This document shows, one piece after another, positions 54,085 through 64,000 of a stretch of 64,000 bases of DNA. This stretch comes from Felis catus (taxonomy: Eukaryota). The notes under the pieces were generated by a model. That model saw only the letters and a program-made list of their open reading frames with translations. It was not told the DNA's origin and searched no databases. The stretch is taken from contig NC_058368.1 in NCBI RefSeq assembly GCF_018350175.1, positions 104,782,001 through 104,846,000 on the forward strand. Reading direction: 5' to 3'. Position 1 is the stretch's first letter. Every line of letters begins with the position of its first letter. Made by a program: the position numbers and the translations under genes.

Positions 54085-54297
54085 AGAGGCGCCTGGGTGG
54101 CTCAGTCGGTTAAGCGTCCAACTTCAGCTCAGGTCACGATCTCGCGGTCTGTGAGTTCGAGCCCCACGTCGGGCTTTGGGATGATGGCTCAGAGCCTGGA
54201 GCCTGCTTCTGATTCTGTGTCTCCCTCTCTCTCTGCCCCTCCCCTGTTCATGCTCTGTCTCTCTCTCTGTCTCAAAAATAAATAAAAAACGTAAAAA
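54085..54297 (+). mobile_element. Young Can-SINE with 16-bp TSD
   Basis: TSD aaaaaaagacaaggac at 54069-54084 and 54298-54313. Confidence 0.95.
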
Positions 54298-55080
54298 AAA
54301 AAAAGACAAGGACTTTTACTATATGTAGTTATTTAAAACCTTAATATATGGATTTTTTAGCCCATTGATTACTTTACCAAAAGAGGCAGATTGTAGCAAA
54401 AAAAATGGGGGAAAATGAAACACTATCCAAAATATAGGCTGTGTCCTGGGCTCCTTCTCCCACACCTCTACACACACACACACACACACACACACTGCTG
54501 TAAAGTGAGATTGGCTTTTCAAATGATTATTTTGAAGTCCCAGATGTCAAAGAAATGTAATTAGTTGTGTTTGTGTATGTTTGTGTATTTCCACAGTAGT
54601 AAAGTAATAATGCTTTATAAAGTATTTTCCAAAAACAGTAGACACATGCTGACTTTTTTCCTCCCTTTTTGCCCTGACTTCAGTCAGCCAAAACACCTCT
54701 TCACTGAGTATTATAGCTAATCAAGATTTCATTCTGGCTGTGGGGGAACATATGCTGTCCCCAGCCTGGTTCCAAGTTCTGGCTAAGATCACTGTCACCT
54801 GGGAACTTTTTTAACTTGTGTATTCCCTGTCCCCACCTCACACCTGGTGAATGATGAGCTGGGGGGTGCATGAAGAGGGCAGAGCTATTGCCTGACCATA
54901 AAGCACCTTTTGCACAAATTTGGAGAATGTTTGGAAATCTTTCAGGTTGTACTGCTTGGCAGCTGGAGGGCAAGGTGGATTTCTGCCCTCACTTAGCCCT
55001 GTGGCCAGAGGCTCTTGTGTAGTGTACAGCCTGCACAACCTTACTTGGTGGCCTCATTTGTCATTTCACAAGTTATACAT

Positions 55081-55200
55081 CGGTGCTTGGGTGGCCCAGT
55101 CAGTTATGCATCTGACTCTTGATCTCACCTCAGGTTTTGATCTCAGGGTTGTGAGTTCAAGCCCCATGTTAGGCTCTTAGGTGTGAAGCCTGCTTAAAAA
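55081..55200 (+). mobile_element. Short old-type Can-SINE
   Basis: ggtgcttgggtggcccagtcagtt...gagttcaagcccc...gcctgcttaaaaa. Confidence 0.8.
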
Positions 55201-58200
55201 AGGTTGCACCAGTGGCTCATGCAGTGACAATTACCCGTCCGTAGACTGGCCTCTGTCATGCATGTTTACTCTCACTATTGAAGAGGTGGGGGTTGCAGGG
55301 AGCATTTCTGTGGCAGAATCCTCATAACCAGTGGCAAAAGGCTTAGGGATGCATTCATGGCAGAAAAAAAAAAAGTTAAATGCTAAACTAAGAGGAAAGA
55401 GTTGAAGGCACCAAATCAACCTCTCGAAGCCTTGGGAAAGAGAGAGGGACTGGCAACTATGTAGGAGGGTAAGGAGGGGCACAGAGAATAGGGAGAGAGG
55501 TGGGGTGCTTATTGGAGCCCAGCCAGGAGGCAGGGGGCATTACAAAGAGGAAATGTGTGTGTTTCCCCAAATTCTCCAAGGTTGACCAGGTGAGTAAGTG
55601 AACTGCGGCTTTAGCTACTGATCTGTGCCAAAGTGATCTCTCCTGTGGTGTTAGCGATGCCTGAGTTGTTATAATGAGGGGGAACCTAATTCTTCATGCA
55701 GTGACATCAAAGTGCAAGGGGAAGTGAGCTTCAATTAACATGCATGCATCCAATGAAGCAGGGTGTTGAAGAGTGGACAACATTTATGCAGCATTTATGT
55801 CTCTCTATCTGTGCAGTTTTGTGGGGGAGGGAGTCCTGGAAAAGCAGAAGGTGGAGTCCCTGAGGTGAGAGTGGAGGAAGGGGCTTGCCTTCCCAAAAGA
55901 ATGGCTGCAGAAAAAGCCAGAGCTCCCAGGGCCCCCCGTCTGCTTAGCAGTCTGTGCTGTTTACTTTTATCCAGGTCCGCACTGAGGCAGGTCATGCCCT
56001 CTGGTGTTTTTGTCTTGCAGCTACAAATGCACACATCGATGATCTATATGATTTATCAGGATGTCCTTTTCAACCTGGTCGTCTCTGTAAAGCAGATCCT
56101 TTTTTAATCCACCTTTACAACTCATAGTATCCAAATAGAAAGATTTGATTTAACAACCACATGTTGAGTGCCTCCAAATTGTGTGCAGCCACAGTGCTGG
56201 ATGCTGGGAGCGCGAGGGTGAAGCGAGGCCAGCTCCTGGCCTGCAGAAATTCACGTCCTCTCAGGGCGGACACAGCGTGGGCACAGGTGGTTACACCAAC
56301 GAAGAACGTCTCTACGCCAACAGTAAGCCTCTGCTTTGTTAGCGAGAGGATTAGAAAAGCAGCAAAAGTATTACGACGCTTACTCTGGCTCTTCTCTTCT
56401 ATACTCATCAAGCCCAATTATTAGTAACAAATCCCTCTCTTCCTTCTAATAGATGTTTAATAGCTTGTTGCTCAGGAACCAGACATCGCATCAAAATCAT
56501 GTCCTTCGTTCACTAATGCCCCCAAAGAGTGCAGTACGGGCATTAGGAATACGAACAATTAGCAAGACGAGGAGTTTGGGTTCTATCTCTGAGAGGGAGA
56601 AGTAATGACACCCGAGATGATTTATTTTACCGCATTCATGCAATCACAAATGCCTAGTGAATGCTGGTTTCACATTGAGGCCGCTGGCATAATGCATCAG
56701 GCATGAAATGCACGAACATTTCTTTAGAGCTGCTTAGCTGAAGTTTATCACGATCATTCAGCCATTGCCTAGCAACTTGGGAAGGCTATCAAAGAGCTCT
56801 TTGTCCTCAGTCCTGGCAAAAACAGTCCCTCACAGATCGCCTTATCAGCGTTAGAACGTTGATCAGGAAAAAATGCTTCCACTGAACCAGAGATCCTTGC
56901 AAATTTAAAGATCCCCCCTTCCCATTTTGTGCCCTCTTCCAAAAGCATTAGGGTGTTGTTTCCTAAAGTAACTCCCATTAGAGCCTTTATCTCTTCTTCG
57001 TTAAACATTCCAAAACAATTTCTTCAAGATGCCTCCCTAATTCTTCAGTTGCTTTGTAATCTGGGCTAGCATTAAAAAACACAGGCCTGAGCTCATGAAG
57101 GTATATCTTCTCAAAAATCAGCAAGGCAGACATTTCTACCCCCTTCGATCGGAAAGGTCACCATTTGAGGCATATAAAATATACATATGCTGGGTTATCT
57201 GGTCTGCATGGGTCTCTCATCACTTCTTTAGGGAAAGAAAGAATTATATGGTTGCTCCCATCCAGTTGGAAATAGTTCTGAGTATCAAGTTGGAAAGAGA
57301 GGCGGTGCTTCTTGATTCACTCAACAAATCTTTAACACCCTCCGTGTGCTGGGCACTGTGGTGAACAGAAACACCGTCTCTGTTTGACAGAGCTCCAGAC
57401 TTCATTCATTTCCCTGTGCAGAATATGGGGGCGGGAGGAGCCAGTGCAAGTACAGATCTTTCACCTCCATTGTCTCTTGCATTTCTGAGGAATTTATCCC
57501 CCCCCCCCACCTGCATCCCAACTGCCCTTGACTTAGTTTAAGACCTTGTCATGTCTGTCTTTTTTTTCCTTTACCTGGATAACCCCAAACAGCCCCCTGA
57601 CACAGGTCTTCTTTCTTCCAGACCCATCATCCTCAAACTGTCTTCTGCCCTCCTACAAACCACAAATTCAGTTATGTGCTTCTCCTGCTTCATTGTCCAT
57701 TTGGTCCCTGTCAACCCCAAGGGGGAAGCTCACACTTCACAGCGTGGCATTCTGGCTTTGGGTATGTGACCACTGCCTGGCTGCCCAAACACCTCTCCTG
57801 TTCTTCCCCGCCCCAGTTTCAGCTGTCCTCCATTTCCATATGCTTCTTTGGGCTTCTGGGCCTTGCACCCACCATTCCATTAGCTTGGAGCCCTTCTCCA
57901 CCTTCCCAGGCTCTCTCCTTTTCTGACTGAGATCCCAAGACAGGGTTAGGTGTGCCTATTCTGGGGCCATTATCATTCTAGAGTTGAAGTTCTTTCTTAG
58001 AGAACCTATCACCGGGAAGCCAATAGCCACTGGATCCCTTGAATCTTCATTAAGTTGAATTCTCTTTTCTGTCTTTGATAAAAAAGGAAACATAAAAATG
58101 TCTTATAGGACTCCAGCAAGTTTGCAAAGATTGGGATGAGTTGAATGGAAATAATTCAGGAAACACACACACACACACACACAGGTTAAAGCAAACTTAT

Positions 58201-60669
58201 AATTGTCTATCCTGAAAAAAGTTTTACTGAAGGGTTAGTCTTACAGGGAGGTCACATCAGTAGCCGTATACCTAGTGTGGCCTAGAGAAACACTTACCCA
58301 GGGACCCCCTCTGTGAGCCTCAGTGTCTGATATTTCACAATTAGAGGTTTATTTCTTAGGCTCCTCACGTGTGTATTCTCTTAAAATATTAGTATTCCCT
58401 AGAGAAGGTAACAACTCAACAGTAATCAATTTACCTTACCTTTTCCTGACTATAAGATGAAAGGAAAGATAATAGGAGGGCACAGAGCTCTGAGGGGGAG
58501 GAGTATCAGTAGGAGAAAATAGGACAGCAAGAGGAAAAAATGCAGCTTCATGCTTTTTTCTAGAATTGCCCCCTGAGGCATACTTTATGTTTGTCTACAA
58601 ATAGATTAGGCATTAATATCTGAAAAGTGATGACTCATTTTACTGATGGTAGAGAAAAAGAAAAGAGGTTGAATTTTTAGAGGAAGTTGGTCATAGAATT
58701 ACTGTAACTTACTTTCAAAGGGGAGACTTATTTGCAATCCTGAAATAAAAGATATTTAAAAGTAGGCTTGGTTCTGCTGAAATATTCTTTTATGATTGGA
58801 GACAGCAGATTTGATAGATGATCTCTAAAATTCCCCGTGATTCTCTGGAAATGAAATCATGGGTAAATCATGTGAAACAAGCGTATCATTGTAATGGATC
58901 TCTTTGCTATATCGTGGGCCTTGTTACTCTATGAAAATTACCTCGATAAAGTTGATTATGACAGATGGCTGTCCTATCCAGCTGGACAAACCTATTAGGG
59001 AAGAGGAATCAGATAGGAAATAAAGGATCACTGTATTCAGATTTACCAATCTGTGCTGGGGTCAGTTTTCTTAACATGCTCTGACTGAGAATGTGCTAAG
59101 GCACATATAAATTATGATAATCTATAATGCAAAAAAAGCAGCAGATAATTTTGACCTCAAGTGTGTTCCCTTCTGATTTAGCTGCATTTATTTAATGTGG
59201 TGGAGAGATTTGGCAAGTAGCTGATGAACCAAAACAGCCTAAATGGCTAAATCCCGCCCCTTCCCCTTTCCTCAAGCTCCCACCACACAACAATGTGCCA
59301 GAAATGAGGACTAATTTTCAGGATGATTTTCAACTTCTACTTCTCCAAAGTCCTTACTGGGATTTGCATGGACGGCTGCAAACAAAAATGGCCAGAGTTG
59401 TCCGAATATCTGTCAAGCAGGAGTCCCCGTCTTAGGTGCCATTAAATAGGGCCCTAGCTCATGGTCAGCGCTCAGAACCTGAATTTGAAAAGACAGTGAA
59501 GCCTGTGACCCTTCACAAGATTACCCTTGTTGGTACTTCCTTTAAGTTCATAAAACACAATTTTTCCATTTGCAGCCTCTTTTTGAAGTGGTTTGCTCCT
59601 TAATAAATGCCCTGCCTCGTGTAGGTGCGAGCCCAAACACCAGATACAACTCTATAGCTGCTAAATCACATTTGGTGAGCATAGCATTGTGGGATTCCAC
59701 CTCAGCTTTTCAAAAGAGATTTGAAAAGAAAAAGAAAAGATCGTATGTTTGTGGACTCAAGAAAAAAAAAATCACAGGAGGCCAAAATTCCGTATTTTAT
59801 TCTACAGGGAAGCCTTGAACCCCAGTCAGCTTCTAACGGGTCTGATCTCCTACTTCAGCCAGCGCGCGAGCTAAAATAATAGTCTTTTGTTGGCTCAAGC
59901 TAGACACAATGAGGTCTGTGAGCTTTCATGCCTACTTAACAGCCTTTACCATGTGGGAGATTTTCAGAAGGAGGAAACGGGAACAGTCAAAAGTGGAGTT
60001 ATGGCTCAGCAGAAATGACTGTGCCAATCAGCAACGTTCACATTATGGTTTGGGGCTGCTTCTGTTGTAAGGTTTGGGCCACGGTAACTTTTCTCCTAAT
60101 CAATTTCGAAGCAAAAACTGTAATACGAAACATGGCTTTCTCAGCTTCCTTGGTGCTGGGTGGTGACAGCATTCTGGATCCCTAAGTGTGTGCGTGCTTG
60201 TTCTTACTGTGTTTGCACTTGGTGTGAAGCCAGCGGTTGCCAGTTCACTACTAATTATAACTCGCTGCTTCTCAATGCAAAGAGCGTGTCTTTGAGTTGG
60301 GGAGAATTCTGACTTACAAGAAAGAGGCCCCTGTTGTATTTCAAACACAAACTTCCCAAAGAGACTTCTCTTTACCTCACGTAAAACCTGGTTTTATTTT
60401 TATTTCTGCGACTTTGCTTTTTCCCTTGCATTTTCCTTAGGCATTTGTTCATTCGTGACCAACTCTAGAATTTCTGTTTCCGGGTGAGAGTTAAACACCT
60501 ACATAGAGTAGTATCCTAATAATCAATAACTTGGACAACAGCTGCAAATAAGATCAGTTGTGATATTCTGCCTTTATCTGCCCAGTCCCAGATTCAATTC
60601 TTAAAGAGGAATTTAGTAGCACCGATTAGTATATCTTTCCATCCTGTACAATGTAGCATCAAAATGTTT

Positions 60670-60911
60670 TTTTCTTTAATTTTCATTATTATTTAAATTT
60701 TTTAATGCTTATTTATTTTTGAGAGAGAGAGAGACAGACAGACAGATAGAGCATGAGCTAGGGAGGGGCAGAGAGAGAGGGAGACACAACATCCAAAGCA
60801 GGCTCCAAGCCGTCAGCATAGAGCCGGGTGCAGGGCTTGAACCCATGAACCAAGATATCGTGACCTGAGCCAAAGTTGGACGCTCACCTGACTGAGCCAC
60901 CCAGGTGCCCC
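60670..60911 (-). mobile_element. Can-SINE
   Basis: TSD caaaatgtttt. Confidence 0.92.
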
Positions 60912-61462
60912 TATCGCCAAAATGTTTTAAGATGGTGTGTGCTCCAGGGGGAGAGTTTTCTTTATGTAAAACAATTTAACCACTTTTTACTTCTTTTTAT
61001 CTTTTTTACACTTGGTTTTTCTGTAAAGATAAAGGATGGGGGAAGAAGGAAGTTGCTGAGGGCTCACTGATAAAAATATTTTTGATAAATTTTCCCTTTA
61101 AGAGACCGAGCCCTTGGGCTTCCCATTTGCTTCATCCTTCTGAAAAAGAAACATCACTAACGTGACAATAAATTATGTATATGTAAAAAATAAAAAAATC
61201 AGTATAACAAAGGTGTTTTATGCCTGCTCTTTTATGACTTGGTAGAAAATCACCCTGGGGTTATTTTAATGCTATGATGATACGATACCTGATGACACAG
61301 TGTATGATGATGTACTGACGTATATAAGTGAATTTTAAACCTTATGCCATCCCGCTCATCGTTGGAGAGATAACCCAGCTTGGATACCATGACCGTCCTC
61401 CTCCTCCTCCTCCTCGTCTGGGACTTTGTGTCCCAGAGGCACCAGCCCCCACTGCCTCTTAG

Positions 61463-61762
<300 letters not shown>

Positions 61763-62801
61763 TAATAGGTCTCTGTCCCTTGTGGAGCTGTCCTTGATAG
61801 CACTGCCTGAAGAGGTTTATTCGTTCCAACCTCCAGGACGAGCCTAACAGATGGGGCTCTGGCCTTGCCTTCTCAGTAATGATTTCAATGCCTCATTGGC
61901 ATCGTCGTCAGAATACGTTTCTTGATCCTGCCTTAAATCTTGCAAATGGTGTTCCAGAAATCCATTGACCTGTAAATATTTGATTCAGCAATTTTGGCAT
62001 TGGCCTTACCTCAATTACCAGAAGTCAACATCAGCCAAACCTTGCGGCGAATCATACATCTTGCTAGTAGTCTCACAGCCAGCGCCGTGGGGGAAATAGA
62101 ATTGCAGAGTTAAAAATGGAGGCCGTTGACATTGGTTAATGGGATTTTTAAGAGAGGAGGGGATCCGTAAGATTTTACGAAATCTTTTGGTAAATGTAAT
62201 CAAGAAAAGAATATATGGCTCTAAGACACATTATCCTTACTTTTAGATGACTTTTTTCTTTTTTCAGCGAAAGCTCTATGCATTTGTCTTGCGTTTAAAT
62301 CCAAGTAATGTCTTGAGGAGAACCTAATTATGTAGCATTTTGCTTGCTCACTTCTCAATCACAGTCATTAATCTGGACCACGTTGAGGAGGAACAATCTT
62401 TTAATTCAGACTATAGATCTGTTTATTGCCAGTAATGACTCTTAAAGAAAAAAGGATCAAGACATGGCTTGAGAGTATTTATGTGGCCTTATTAGATTTT
62501 AGAATTTTATTTCCTTTCATTTATTTGTTCAACAAAAATTCCTCAAGCCTCTGTTGTGTGCCAGGCCCCAGGTTAATTGGGACCATAAGTGAGAAAATAA
62601 AGAGGACAGAGACAGTTGCCTGCCCTCCAGCAATTCAGTTTAATGGTTTCTTTTCATTATTAAGGACTACCCTTCTTCCTTTGGTGCTTGTTTTAGACTT
62701 GGAAAATCCTCAGTATCGTTAAACAAAAAAAATTTTTTTGCCCCAAACTTCAACTAGATCCTGATGTGGAATTTGAGAGGAATACGTCTCAGGAAAGATA
62801 A

Positions 62802-62966
<165 letters not shown>

Positions 62967-63485
62967 TAAGGCGCACAGTGTCTGGGGGGAGGTGCGTGGT
63001 GCCGGGCAAGCCCCGTGCAATCTGTCCTCAGGCTTCCTCTCGGGCTTCCCCGAGGACGTTTTCAGCCACCAGCTATCAAGGCCTTCTGGGATGCCCTTTC
63101 TGCAGCTTCTGCAGAAATGACTTTGGAAAAGCTGGCTTGCCGCCCCGGCAGAATCTCTCTACTCTCTGAGCTGTGCTGCTCTTCGGTTTTAATTGGAAAC
63201 AGCATCCCATGAAAAATCAATATCAGGGAGGGTTTGGACTCCCTGAGCAAGAAGCCATGAAGTCAGATTTCCAGAAACGTGATGATGTCTCCTGGTTTGT
63301 GATGCCTTAATGAGAATGGTGGGCTTCATGTGTTTCTAAAAATGAGCCCATTCCAGATGACGGGGTGCTGTTGAGAGGAGGCAGCTACTAAATGGGCAGC
63401 CGGGCTGATGGCTTTCAAAGTTGTTTTCTGTCCCGAGACTCTCGAGTTCCATGCGATGAGATGTAATTGTGCGTTACTGACCTAA

Positions 63486-63728
<243 letters not shown>

Positions 63729-64000
63729 TAGAGTGTTTATATAATCAAGAAATAATATATGAATAATTATGATATACGTTATTTTAATTTTTAAATGGCT
63801 GTTTCCCCCACTAAGAGCTCTGTGCAGTGTTCCTATGTTAAATCCAAATAAGGTCTTGCAAAGAGCCTAAATGGGTAGCATGCTTATTCACTTTTCAGTA
63901 ACTCTTAATCTGTAAAATGAGGGTATTGGGCTCAGAAAATCCATTCTAAGTTTAATTTCAGACCTTGAACATCACCTATCATTTTTCCCTTGTTCTTGGG

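Noticed and set aside
54525..54535. GA TTA TTT TGA, which would read G-L-F-stop in phase 1 as another short terminal-exon candidate
   Set aside because: It is preceded by aaat rather than AG, so there is no splice acceptor here.

Overview
This is mammalian carnivore genomic DNA, almost certainly felid, because the tRNA-derived SINEs match the feline Can-SINE (SINEC_Fc-like) type. The whole window lies inside one + strand gene, MEGF10 (multiple EGF-like domains 10, the CED-1/Draper-family engulfment and muscle satellite-cell receptor). I read 11 internal GT-AG coding exons between 22364 and 63627. Their lengths are 247, 121, 137, 213, 175, 121, 164, 103, 147, 135 and 129 nt. They total 1692 nt and splice into one stop-free frame of tandem Cys-rich EGF-like repeats, about residues 138-702 (exons ~6-16) in human numbering as I recall it. 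The start and end of the gene are outside the window. The rest is intron carrying about 28 Can-SINEs (14 per strand), old L1/L2/MIR fragments, two Tigger DNA transposons, LTR relics and microsatellites. Most ORFs in the supplied track are artefacts of SINEs, microsatellites or exon read-through. I found no evidence of a new biological system. The best leads are: (1) four CAGCTG E-boxes in a CpG-rich intronic block, (2) a MEF2 site cluster, (3) a candidate truncating terminal exon in the 13-kb intron, (4) a ~120-bp duplication ending in a forward/inverted/forward template-switch signature, (5) an AT-rich palindrome, and (6) exon-skip combinations that preserve the EGF repeat register. Repeat subfamily names and all human comparisons come from memory, not from searches.
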